A stretch of DNA of 64,000 nt from Opitutaceae bacterium (lineage in GTDB: Bacteria; Verrucomicrobiota; Verrucomicrobiia; Opitutales; Opitutaceae): contig DASXYY010000029.1 in the NCBI GenBank assembly GCA_036502225.1, forward strand, positions 14,151-78,150. Reading direction: 5' to 3'. A program made the translations under genes and the position numbers. Positions 43,008-51,579 of this stretch are shown piece by piece; position 1 is the first letter of the stretch; each line of letters opens with the position of its first letter. The notes beneath the pieces are model-generated. The model made no database searches, was not told the DNA's origin, and worked only from the letters and a program-made list of their open reading frames with translations.

Positions 43008-44625
43008 ACGTTTTTTCGCCCCGGCGGTGGTTTGCCTCGGATTGTGCGCCCTCGTTGCGTGGGCCTGCGCGCAATTTTACCTGCCGGGCAAGGGCTTCAC
43101 GTACCTGATCGAATTCGGGGAATTGCAGCACGAGCGTTTTCTGCCGGCGCTCAAGGCGGTCCATCCCTACGAGGTCAAGGACAAGATGGGCTACGACGCG
43201 CAGTACTACGCCCAAATGGCGATGGAGCCCAATCTGGGCAGCCCGGATTTGCGCCGCGCCGTCGACAGTCTGCCGTACCGAGCAAGGCGCATCCTGCTGT
43301 CGTGGATCGCCTATGCCTTGGGTGGCGGCGATCCGGTTCGAGCCCTGAACATCTTCGCCTTCGAGAATATCTTCAGTTGGTTTGCGTTGGCGGCGCTGTT
43401 CTGCCGCTGGGCGCCGCCCTGGAAATGGACCGGCCTGGCACGCTGGGTCGGGCTGTTGTTGGGCTTTGGCTTGTGCTGCAGCCTGCGGGGAGCGCTGGTG
43501 GATGGGCCGAGCCTGCTGATGATCGCCGGAGCGGTGGCTCTGGCGGAGGAGGAGTGGTGGTGGAGCGCGGCGGTGGTGCTGGGGCTGGCGGGATTGATGA
43601 GGGAGACGAACCTGCTGGCGGTGGTGATCTTGATTCCGAAGGGACAGTGGAAGCGGCGTCCCGCCGCTTTGGGGACAGAAGAAAAGCGGCGGGACGCCGC
43701 TTCCACCTTCGGCCAGATCGCCATGGCCGTTGCGCCGCTGATCATCTGGCTCCTCGTCCTCCGCCACTGGCTGGGCAGCGCCGAGGACTTGGGCGCACGC
43801 AACTTCGCGGCTCCGACGGCCGGCTATTTCGGAAAATGGAGCGAAATCATCGGACATCTGAGGACGCACCGGTTCGACTATGTCGGACGGGGAAACCTGC
43901 TGATGCTCGTCGGCCTGACGGCCCAGATGCTCGGGATCCTTTACGCGCCGAATGAACATCCGCAGTGGCGGAGCGTGGGCGCGGTTTTCGCTGGTTTGGG
44001 CCTCTGCCTGGGTCCGGCCGTTTGGGAAGGGTATCCGGGCGCGGCGGCGCGGGTGCTCCTTCCAATGACGGCGGCTTTTTTCGTGCTGGTGCCGCTCGAA
44101 CGCCGGCGGGCCTTGCCGTGGCTGCTCTACGCCCTGGGCGCGATGTCGGTGGTGGTCGCACCGGAAATCCTCAGTCCGCCGGGCCGCGAAAGTGTCGAGG
44201 TGCGGGGGCCGCGCGAGCTGCGCATCATGGACCGGACGGGGCAGATCGTGGACGCGGTATTCGGTCCGGAATGGTACGACCCGGAAAAGTCGTGGCTCGA
44301 ATATTGGCGATGGTGCAAATCTTCCGGAACCGTCACGTTCGTTAATCCGCATCCGTTTCCGGTGAAAGCCGACATCTCGTTCGGCCTGCGTGCCAGCGAT
44401 GCCCGGACCGTGGCGGTGCGGGCCGTCGACCGGACCTGGTGGTTCGGCCGATTGACGCCGTCGAGTATGCGGGACGTGAAACTGACGGACGTGACCCTGC
44501 CTCCGGGCGATACCACCTGGAAGTTCGAGTCGCTCGAGCCGCCCCTGCGCGCGAATGCTCCGGACGCGCGCGACTCGACGTTCAGCCTGCGGGATCTGCG
44601 GATCGATTTGCACGGGACGCCGTAG
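42979..44625 (+). CDS. polytopic membrane protein with C-terminal soluble domain (paralogue of 39943-41493), carrying a 20-codon palindromic insert
   Basis: ATG at 42979 (MVFLLAPDHKRFFAPAVVCLGL). GYDAQYYAQMAMEP...LPYRARRIL. C-terminus EWYDPEKSWLEYWRW...FSLRDLRIDL. Insert at 43647-43706. Confidence 0.6.
   Translation: MVFLLAPDHKRFFAPAVVCLGLCALVAWACAQFYLPGKGFTYLIEFGELQHERFLPALKAVHPYEVKDKMGYDAQYYAQMAMEPNLGSPDLRRAVDSLPYRARRILLSWIAYALGGGDPVRALNIFAFENIFSWFALAALFCRWAPPWKWTGLARWVGLLLGFGLCCSLRGALVDGPSLLMIAGAVALAEEEWWWSAAVVLGLAGLMRETNLLAVVILIPKGQWKRRPAALGTEEKRRDAASTFGQIAMAVAPLIIWLLVLRHWLGSAEDLGARNFAAPTAGYFGKWSEIIGHLRTHRFDYVGRGNLLMLVGLTAQMLGILYAPNEHPQWRSVGAVFAGLGLCLGPAVWEGYPGAAARVLLPMTAAFFVLVPLERRRALPWLLYALGAMSVVVAPEILSPPGRESVEVRGPRELRIMDRTGQIVDAVFGPEWYDPEKSWLEYWRWCKSSGTVTFVNPHPFPVKADISFGLRASDARTVAVRAVDRTWWFGRLTPSSMRDVKLTDVTLPPGDTTWKFESLEPPLRANAPDARDSTFSLRDLRIDLHGTP
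43647..43706. repeat. type C REP doublet (60 bp) within a CDS
   Basis: GTGGAAGCGGCGTCCCGCCGCTTT-GGGGACAGAAGA-AAAGCGGCGGGACGCCGCTTCCAC. Perfect 24-nt inverted arms. Confidence 0.9.
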
Positions 44626-44638
44626 CGAACGATATCTT

Positions 44639-44725
44639 GGGTGGAGCGCGTGGTCCCCACGCGCTTAAACCTCCGCCCGCGTTTTGTATCAATCGCCGAA
44701 GCGCGTTGGGACCACGCGCACCACC
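44639..44725. repeat. type A REP doublet (long-spacer form)
   Basis: GGTGGAGCGCGTGGTCCCCACGCGC-TTAAACCTCCGCCCGCGTTTTGTATCAATCGCCGAA-GCGCGTTGGGACCACGCGCACCACC. Lies between convergent stops at 44625 and 44727. Confidence 0.9.
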
Positions 44726-44726
44726 T

Positions 44727-46376
44727 TTAAAAGGTCGCGATCGATTCCAGACGTTTGCGATACAGAGCGCCGATCCTCGCCGGCGAAAATCTCTCTTCGA
44801 TTGTCGTTCGGGCGGCGGCCCCCAGCCGCGCGCGCAGGGCCGGTTCCAGCGCCAGCCGGCACATCTGCTGGGCGGCATGGCGGATGTCCGGCTCCGCCCA
44901 CACATTGCCCCGGGCGTACGGACCGTGGTTGCGCTCGAGCGTGACTTCCGCGCAACGGACCGGGCAGCCGTTCTCGGCATTCACGTATTCCGCCGTGGCC
45001 GACCAGTCGGTGGTCACCACCGGCAAGCCCAGGTACATGCACTCGGCGACGACCAGGCCAAAGCCTTCCGACCGGTGCAGCGAAACGAGCGCGTTGCAGG
45101 CCGCCTGAAGTTCGTAGGTTTGAGCCCGCGTGATCGTCTCGGTCAGCAGCCGGATGCCCGGCTGGGCGGCCGCGGCGGCCTTGAGGCGCTCCCAGTCGGC
45201 CGAATTCATCCCGGCATTGTGAACTTTGACCACGAGCGTCGCGCCCTGCGCCGCCAGGCCCGATTCCGCGAACGCCGCCAGCGCGCCTTCCGGGTTCTTG
45301 CGGGCCGAGTAGGAGTTCAGGTCAAACAGGCTGAGAAAGTAAAAGCCCTCGGCCGGCAGGCCGAATTTGGCGCGCAGCACTTCCCGCGATTCGGCCGGCC
45401 GATCGAAGGCGACGGCATGGGGCAGCGTGAGGACCGGCCACGGGGATTTGGCCGCGACCGCCCGCCGGGTGAAGTCACTGGGGCACCACACCTCGTCGAA
45501 ATAGTCCAGGCTCTCGACCCAGGCGTCGGGAAACTCCGGCAGCTCCCACGCAAAATAGGCGACGTTGTATTTGCCGTTCCGGAAATTCGGCCCGTGGTGG
45601 TGATCGATGTCGCGGGCCGCCGGCGGGTCGACGTGAAAGACATTCACCCCCAGGGGATTTTCCTCGCGCCAGCGTTCCGCGTAGGTCCGGTCTCCCTTCG
45701 GGTTCAGGCAATTGAGCTTCAGGGGAACGAGGGAGCACGGCAGCCCGGCGGCGTCCGCGGCGCGCACCATGCAGCGGGCGGATTCGCCCAGCCCCAGGTC
45801 GGCGGCCAGGTGGCCCACGACATTCAGCCCCAGGTGCGCGTGCCGCCGGACAAAGGAGCGGCTCAGGGGGCTGTGCCGCTGGCTGAAATCGTAGATGAAT
45901 TCGCCGGCCGTCGTCGTCAGCGATTGGATACGAATCTGCCGGTTGCGGTTTTGCTTCCGGTAGCGCGCCAGCGCCGGCAGCGCGCTGACGCGCGCCACCC
46001 AGGCGAGCGCGTTGGTGTGGGCGACGCCTTCCAGAGTCAGGGTAAGGATGGGGTGTTCCGTCCGCGCCGCGGCCGAGAGGGGAAGGCGCACTTCCCAGGC
46101 GCCCGGTTCGGAAGCCGCCACGCCGCCGACCGGAACCCCGTTGATCGCGATGCTCAGTCCCGGGAAGCCGGCTTCGACGCCGCGAACCTCGGGATGAATG
46201 ATGCATTCGCCGCGGAGCACGAGGGCGTCGATGCCGTCGAGCGGCGGCAGCCGCAGCCGGGCCGCTTCGCGAATCCAGGCCGAGTTCTGGGCGAACTCGT
46301 CGTAGAACAGGCCGCTATAATCCGTGAAGCGGCGGTGAAAGGAGCCTCCGGAGGGGGCCGCGCGGTTCAGGGGCAT
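44727..46376 (-). CDS. GT4-family glycosyltransferase with ~190-aa N-terminal extra domain
   Basis: ATG at 46376 (MPLNRAAPSG). C-region VSLHRSEGFGLVVAECMYLGLPVVTTDWSATAEYV (EX7E). Confidence 0.7.
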   Translation of the reverse strand: MPLNRAAPSGGSFHRRFTDYSGLFYDEFAQNSAWIREAARLRLPPLDGIDALVLRGECIIHPEVRGVEAGFPGLSIAINGVPVGGVAASEPGAWEVRLPLSAAARTEHPILTLTLEGVAHTNALAWVARVSALPALARYRKQNRNRQIRIQSLTTTAGEFIYDFSQRHSPLSRSFVRRHAHLGLNVVGHLAADLGLGESARCMVRAADAAGLPCSLVPLKLNCLNPKGDRTYAERWREENPLGVNVFHVDPPAARDIDHHHGPNFRNGKYNVAYFAWELPEFPDAWVESLDYFDEVWCPSDFTRRAVAAKSPWPVLTLPHAVAFDRPAESREVLRAKFGLPAEGFYFLSLFDLNSYSARKNPEGALAAFAESGLAAQGATLVVKVHNAGMNSADWERLKAAAAAQPGIRLLTETITRAQTYELQAACNALVSLHRSEGFGLVVAECMYLGLPVVTTDWSATAEYVNAENGCPVRCAEVTLERNHGPYARGNVWAEPDIRHAAQQMCRLALEPALRARLGAAARTTIEERFSPARIGALYRKRLESIATF

Positions 46377-47362
46377 GGGGCGGATGCGGCAGCGTGTTCC
46401 AACGAGCGCCAGCGTGCAAATTCGATTGCGAGGGCCGCGCGCGCCCCCTCGGCGGCGCGGGCGGGCGGGCGGCGGCGCAGGCCGTAGCGACACAGGGCGG
46501 CCTGACCGGCCAGCCGGCGGTCGGGGTAGTCGCGGGGTTCAGGCAGGTAGCGCTCGAAGTAGGCTTGGGTCCAGGCCATTTCCGCCAATCGGGACAGCCG
46601 TTCGGCCCAGCTCCGGGCCAGGCGGTGCGCGTTGGCTTCATTCCGCGCGTTGCGATTGGGGCTGGCGCTGACGTGGTGATCGACGGCGCTGCGCAGGGCG
46701 ACGGCGTTGGTGCGGCCCAGTTCAGCGGCCCGGAAACAAAGGTCCACGTCTTCGCAGCCATTGAAATAACCTTCGTCGAACCCCCCGAGCGTGCGCCACA
46801 ATTCGGCCGAGATCAGCAGGCACGCGCCGGTGACCGCCGGAACCAAGGAGAAACCGCGCAGGCGTTCGGTGACGGGCGCCCGTTTCCGATGCTCCGGCTT
46901 GGCTTTGGCGTTGATTACGATGCCGGTGTGGTCGATCGCGCCGTCGCTGACGCGGTATTGCACGTTGCCGATGGCGCCGGCTTGGCCGCGCCGGGCGAGC
47001 CCGCCGTGCAGGGCAAGCATGGGTTCAAGCCAGCCGGGGCGAAGGACCAGGTCGTTGTTGAGGAGGACGAACAGATCGCCTTTGGCTGAAGCGGCGGCCC
47101 GGTTGTTGGATTTGGCGTAGCCCGAGTTTTGCGAGTTAAGCAGAACTTGCAGCCGGGAGCCTATCCCGAGGTGGAGCGCGTGGTCCCCACGCGCTCCACC
47201 CTTCAGCCATTCCCTGGTTCCGTCGGTGCTCCCATCGTCGACCAGGATGATCTCATGCGCCAAACCCGCGGGCATCGTCGCCTGCAGACTGGCCAGCATT
47301 GCCTGCGAGTACGGCAGGCAGTTGTAAAGCGGAACAATGAAACTGACCGCCGGGGCGCCCAA
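46367..47362 (-). CDS. GT2-family glycosyltransferase carrying an in-frame repeat insert
   Basis: VSFIVPLYNCLPY, ILVDDGSTDGT, VLLNNDLVL (DXD-type). TTG start directly after the rmlA stop. Insert at 47149-47210 is read as [19 protein letters not shown]. Confidence 0.75.
   Translation of the reverse strand: MGAPAVSFIVPLYNCLPYSQAMLASLQATMPAGLAHEIILVDDGSTDGTREWLKGGARGDHALHLGIGSRLQVLLNSQNSGYAKSNNRAAASAKGDLFVLLNNDLVLRPGWLEPMLALHGGLARRGQAGAIGNVQYRVSDGAIDHTGIVINAKAKPEHRKRAPVTERLRGFSLVPAVTGACLLISAELWRTLGGFDEGYFNGCEDVDLCFRAAELGRTNAVALRSAVDHHVSASPNRNARNEANAHRLARSWAERLSRLAEMAWTQAYFERYLPEPRDYPDRRLAGQAALCRYGLRRRPPARAAEGARAALAIEFARWRSLEHAAASAPCP
47149..47210. repeat. partial nested REP element (B-like arm + minimal type A hairpin) within a CDS
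   Basis: GCAGCCGGGAGCCTATCCCGAG-GTGGAGCGCGTGGTCCCCACGCGCTCCAC-CCTTCAGCC. The right outer arm is decayed. Confidence 0.8.
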
Positions 47363-48241
47363 TTATTGGAGTCCGTCGGCCAGGCGGCGCAGGTATTGGC
47401 CGTAGCTCGACTTGCCCAGCTTGACGATATTGGCCTCGAGCTGGGTCCGATCGATCCAGCCCTGACGCCAGGCGATCTCCTCGAGACAGGCGATCTTGAG
47501 GCCCTGGCGGTGCTCGATGACGTGCACGAAATGCGCCGCATCGAGCAGGGAATCATGGGTGCCGGTGTCCAGCCAGGCGGTGCCGCGTCCCAGCAATTCG
47601 ACGCGCAGCTTGCCGGCCTCGAGATAGCGGCGGTTCAAGTCGGTGATTTCCAACTCACCGCGCGGCGACGGTTTGAGCGCGCGGGCGTGGGCCACCACGT
47701 CTCCGTCATAGAAATACAATCCCGGGATGGCGTAGTTCGACTTGGGAGCCTGGGGTTTTTCCTCGAGCGAGAGCACGCGCCCGTCGGGGGCGAACTCCAC
47801 GACGCCATAGGCGCTCGGTTCGGCGACGTGGTAGCCGAAGATGGTCGCCCCGTCCGTCGGCTCGGCCGCCCGGCTGAGCGCGCCGGTGAGGTCGTGACCG
47901 TAGAACAGGTTGTCGCCAAGGATGAGCGCGGAAGGCGACGTGCCGACGAAATCGGCGCCGATCAGAAAAGCCTGCGCGAGACCATCCGGGCTCGGTTGGG
48001 CCGCATAGGAAATCGACAGCCCCAGGTTCTGGCCGTCGCCCAGAAGCTGCCGAAACAGCGGCAGGTCATGGGGCGTGGAGATCACGAGCACCTCGCGAAT
48101 GCCGGCCCGCATCAGCACCGAGAGCGGATAATAGATCATCGGCTTGTCGTAGACCGGCATGAGCTGCTTGCTCACGGCGATCGTCAGCGGGTAAAGCCGG
48201 GTGCCGGATCCACCGGCGAGAATGATGCCCTTGCGGTTCAT
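47363..48241 (-). CDS. rmlA: glucose-1-phosphate thymidylyltransferase
   Basis: ATG at 48241 ([20 protein letters not shown]). Typical RmlA length of 292 aa. Confidence 0.95.
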   Translation of the reverse strand: MNRKGIILAGGSGTRLYPLTIAVSKQLMPVYDKPMIYYPLSVLMRAGIREVLVISTPHDLPLFRQLLGDGQNLGLSISYAAQPSPDGLAQAFLIGADFVGTSPSALILGDNLFYGHDLTGALSRAAEPTDGATIFGYHVAEPSAYGVVEFAPDGRVLSLEEKPQAPKSNYAIPGLYFYDGDVVAHARALKPSPRGELEITDLNRRYLEAGKLRVELLGRGTAWLDTGTHDSLLDAAHFVHVIEHRQGLKIACLEEIAWRQGWIDRTQLEANIVKLGKSSYGQYLRRLADGLQ

Positions 48242-49308
48242 GAGTGCTTTCCCGTGCCGAGGCGCTCGCGCGCGTAGCGCCGCGAAGTGATGTCGGCGCA
48301 CCAGGCGCGATGGCCCAAGTACCAGTCGACCGTCTTGGCGAGCCCGGTTTCGAATGTTTCCGCCGGCTTCCAGCCGAGTTCGCGGGCGATCTTGCCGCAG
48401 TCAATCGCGTAGCGGCGATCATGGCCGGGGCGATCCGCGACGAACTTGATCTGCTCGGCGTACTTCTTTCCGCCTTCCCGCGGCGACTGGGCGTCGAGCA
48501 ACTGGCAAATGGTCCGGACCACGTCGAGGTTGGCCCGTTCATTCACGCCGCCAATGTTGTACGTTTCGCCGACGTGGCCGCGCTGCAGCACCTGCCAGAT
48601 GGCCCGGGCATGATCCTCCACGTAGAGCCAATCGCGAATCTGCTGACCATCGCCGTAAACCGGGAGGTCCTTTCCCTCCAAGGCGTTCAATATCACCAGC
48701 GGGATCAGCTTTTCCGGAAAATGGAACGGTCCGTAATTGTTGGAACAGTTCGTGGTCAGTGTCGGCATCCCGTAGGTGTGCTGGTACGCGCGCACCAGAT
48801 GATCGCTGGCCGCCTTGGATGCGGCGTAAGGGCTGTTCGGCGCGAACGGGGTTTCCTCGGTGAACGCCGGATCGGTGGGCGAGAGGGTGCCGTAGACCTC
48901 ATCGGTCGAGACGTGCAGGAAGCGGAACCGGCTCTTGCGCTCGTCCGGCAGCGATCGCCAATGGCGCAGCGCCGATTGCAGCAGCCGGAGCGTGCCGACC
49001 ACGTTGGTCTGAATGAACGGCTCCGGGGTGTCGATTGAGCGGTCGACGTGCGATTCCGCCGCGAAGTTCACGACCACGTCGATCGACTCCGAGCGCAGCA
49101 GGTCCGCCACGGCCGTTTCGTCGCCAATGTCCGCGTGCACGAAGCGGTACCGCGGCGAAGACGCCACATCCGCCAGGTTGGCCGGATTGCCCGCGTACGT
49201 GAGCTTGTCCAGATTGACCACCCGCCCGGCGTGCGCCCCATCCGCCAGCCGCTGCCGAACGAAATTGCTGCCGATGAAGCCGCAGCCGCCGGTGACCAGA
49301 AGATTCAT
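48238..49308 (-). CDS. rmlB: dTDP-glucose 4,6-dehydratase
   Basis: ATG at 49308 ([16 protein letters not shown]). [18 protein letters not shown] (YxxxK). Confidence 0.95.
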   Translation of the reverse strand: MNLLVTGGCGFIGSNFVRQRLADGAHAGRVVNLDKLTYAGNPANLADVASSPRYRFVHADIGDETAVADLLRSESIDVVVNFAAESHVDRSIDTPEPFIQTNVVGTLRLLQSALRHWRSLPDERKSRFRFLHVSTDEVYGTLSPTDPAFTEETPFAPNSPYAASKAASDHLVRAYQHTYGMPTLTTNCSNNYGPFHFPEKLIPLVILNALEGKDLPVYGDGQQIRDWLYVEDHARAIWQVLQRGHVGETYNIGGVNERANLDVVRTICQLLDAQSPREGGKKYAEQIKFVADRPGHDRRYAIDCGKIARELGWKPAETFETGLAKTVDWYLGHRAWCADITSRRYARERLGTGKHS

Positions 49309-49310
49309 GG

Positions 49311-50180
49311 TCAGCTCGCGCGCCACGTCGCCAGGGCCCGGTCGACCGCTTCGTGCACTTCCACGAGCCGGATGCCGGCCTGGTCCAGTTTGCTGTGGTC
49401 CATGACGCAATTGGAACGGGGCGTCAGGGCGGCCTTGGCCATGAATTCCGTCTCGTCCTTGAAGAAGTCGAACTGCTTCGGCCCGATCCCGCGCTTCTGC
49501 ATCATCACGGTGATTTCGCGCGCGGTAATATGGCCCGGATTGGTCACATTGTACGTGCCGAAGGGAATGCGCTTTTCCCAGCAGGCGAAGGTGGCGGCGA
49601 CGAACTCGTCGAGCTGCGAAATCGAATTGGTGGCGTCGAGCAGCCGCTGGTAGCGGATCAGCTTGGTCAGGTAGTTGCGCGGATTGTCGACGTTGTCGAA
49701 CGGGATGCGCAGGCGCCAAATGTAGACATCGGGCTTGCCCGCCAGCACTTCTTCACCCAGCGCCTTGGTGCCGCTGTAAAATGAGCAGGGCGGCGAACGG
49801 AAGCTGAAATTCGGCGGATCATCCTCCCGGAAGCCGCCACCGTCGGAGCGGCTGCCGTTGTAGATGCAACCGGACGACACATGGCCCCAAGGAACTCCGG
49901 CTTCGGCGCAGGCCCGGGCGACCCTGCCCGGAAGGACGGCATTGCCAAACAGGCATTCGTCCTTGTGCACCTCGCAGGCGTCGACGTTCGGCTTGCCGGT
50001 GTAGCCGGCGGCATTGATCAGAAACTCGGGCTTGTCCCGCCGCAGCGCTTCCGCGAGCACCGCCGGATCGGTATAGTCGAGTTCCGCCCGGCGCAAATTG
50101 CGATAGGGGAGGTTCTTTTGCGCCAGCAGCCTTTGGTAGGCCTGTCCGACATATCCCGAGCCGCCAAGGAGATAGATCAT
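49311..50180 (-). CDS. RmlD-fold sugar-nucleotide reductase, NRS/ER-like (candidate bifunctional 3,5-epimerase/4-reductase)
   Basis: [72 protein letters not shown] and [13 protein letters not shown] resemble plant NRS/ER as I recall it, more than classical RmlD. Confidence 0.65.
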   Translation of the reverse strand: MIYLLGGSGYVGQAYQRLLAQKNLPYRNLRRAELDYTDPAVLAEALRRDKPEFLINAAGYTGKPNVDACEVHKDECLFGNAVLPGRVARACAEAGVPWGHVSSGCIYNGSRSDGGGFREDDPPNFSFRSPPCSFYSGTKALGEEVLAGKPDVYIWRLRIPFDNVDNPRNYLTKLIRYQRLLDATNSISQLDEFVAATFACWEKRIPFGTYNVTNPGHITAREITVMMQKRGIGPKQFDFFKDETEFMAKAALTPRSNCVMDHSKLDQAGIRLVEVHEAVDRALATWRAS

Positions 50181-50194
50181 AAAAGCCGGCCAGC

Positions 50195-50968
50195 TTAGAC
50201 GCGCCGATAATCACCGCGACTAAAATATTTCTCCAGCCATACGTACATGCAGATGAAGAAATAACGGCTGCCCATCTCCTTGATTTTCAGCTTGGCCACG
50301 CCGTGCTTGCGGTTGCGCCAGCTGATGGGGACGACGCTCCAACTGTAGCCGCGCACAATGGCCTTGAGCGGGATTTCGATGGTCAGGTTGAAATGCGGCG
50401 CGAGGAGCGGCCGGCATCCCTCGATCACCGTCCGCCGATACGCCTTGAAGGCATTCGTCGTGTCGTTCAGGGGGATCGCAAACAGCGCCTTGATGAACAG
50501 ATTCGCCAGCCGGTTCACCATCAACTTCACGCGAGGGTAGTCGAACACCTGGCCGCCGCGGATGAAGCGGCTGCCGAACACGCATTCGTATCCCGATTGC
50601 AGCAAGGCCCAGTAAGCCGCGGCATCGGCCGGCGAATCCGAGGCGTCCGCCATCATGACCACGATCGCGTCCCCTTGGCAGTGATCGAAGCCGCAGACGA
50701 CCGCGCGGCCAAAGCCGTGGTCGCCCTCGTTTCGGACCGGGCGCACCTCGGGAATATCCACGGCCAGCGCCGTGACCACGTCGAACGTGCCGTCGGAGCT
50801 GCCGTCGTCCACGATCACGATTTCGTGTGGGATTTTGCGCGCACGAAATTCCTGCGAAATCGCGCGCACCGTCGGCGGCAGCGACTCCCGCTCATCGCGC
50901 GCAGGGATGACGACTGAATATAGCCGCAACGGCGGCGCCTCTCTCAGCGGGGGAGGGGAACCAGCCAT
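50195..50968 (-). CDS. GT2-family polyprenol-phosphate glycosyltransferase-like enzyme (Dpm1/ArnC-like)
   Basis: YSVVIPARDERESL, IVIVDDGSSDGT, VVMMADASDSP. Confidence 0.7.
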   Translation of the reverse strand: MAGSPPPLREAPPLRLYSVVIPARDERESLPPTVRAISQEFRARKIPHEIVIVDDGSSDGTFDVVTALAVDIPEVRPVRNEGDHGFGRAVVCGFDHCQGDAIVVMMADASDSPADAAAYWALLQSGYECVFGSRFIRGGQVFDYPRVKLMVNRLANLFIKALFAIPLNDTTNAFKAYRRTVIEGCRPLLAPHFNLTIEIPLKAIVRGYSWSVVPISWRNRKHGVAKLKIKEMGSRYFFICMYVWLEKYFSRGDYRRV

Positions 50969-50971
50969 GCC

Positions 50972-51565
50972 TCAGGGTGCGGTGGGATTTCCGTTCGGCC
51001 GGGCGGAGTTCGCCCTCTTCTGCGCTTCCTCGTAAGCTTTGCGCTGGCGGATGGAAATTTCCAGCAGGTCGCTGACCAGCATGCGGGCGTCGCGCTCCTG
51101 CTTGATCTGCTCGGCCGTCTTGCCGGCGGTCGACGGATCGAACAGCGGCTGATTCGCCGCCAGGCTGGAACCGGCGGGGACTGCCGCCAGCGTGGACGGC
51201 GAGAAGGTCGGACCGGCCGACGCCGTCCGGGTCGCCCGGAGGCTCATTTGATGGATGCGCCCGTCGAAACGGACAACGGCCTGTTCCGAATTGGGGTCGT
51301 AGCTCAGCACTTGGAGATCGCCGTCCGTCTCCCCCACGCTCAACCAGCGGCTGTGCTTGGTGGTCGTGTTGTAGAGACAAATGGCCGAACCGCTGTCCGT
51401 GGCGCTGGCGCCGGCGAGTTCGTAGGTCTCGGCCGGCCCTCGGCTGCCGCGGCCCGCCGGTGTCCCGTTCGGCGGCAGAAACGGCGAACGATCGGCGTTC
51501 GACTGCGCGGCAGCGGAAGCGGACAGACCGGCCGAAATGAATACGATGATGAGAAGGCGATTCAC
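50972..51565 (-). CDS. secreted hypothetical protein
   Basis: Signal peptide MNRLLIIVFISAGLSASAAAQ. A beta-rich middle region and a charged C-terminal helix. Confidence 0.5.
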   Translation of the reverse strand: MNRLLIIVFISAGLSASAAAQSNADRSPFLPPNGTPAGRGSRGPAETYELAGASATDSGSAICLYNTTTKHSRWLSVGETDGDLQVLSYDPNSEQAVVRFDGRIHQMSLRATRTASAGPTFSPSTLAAVPAGSSLAANQPLFDPSTAGKTAEQIKQERDARMLVSDLLEISIRQRKAYEEAQKRANSARPNGNPTAP

Positions 51566-51579
51566 AGTCTCAACGAAGC

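Noticed and set aside
44439-46487. 682-aa ORF on the plus strand
   Set aside because: It is antisense to the GT4 gene that carries the EX7E motif. It runs through the REP doublet at 44639-44725 and has Arg/Gly-rich composition.
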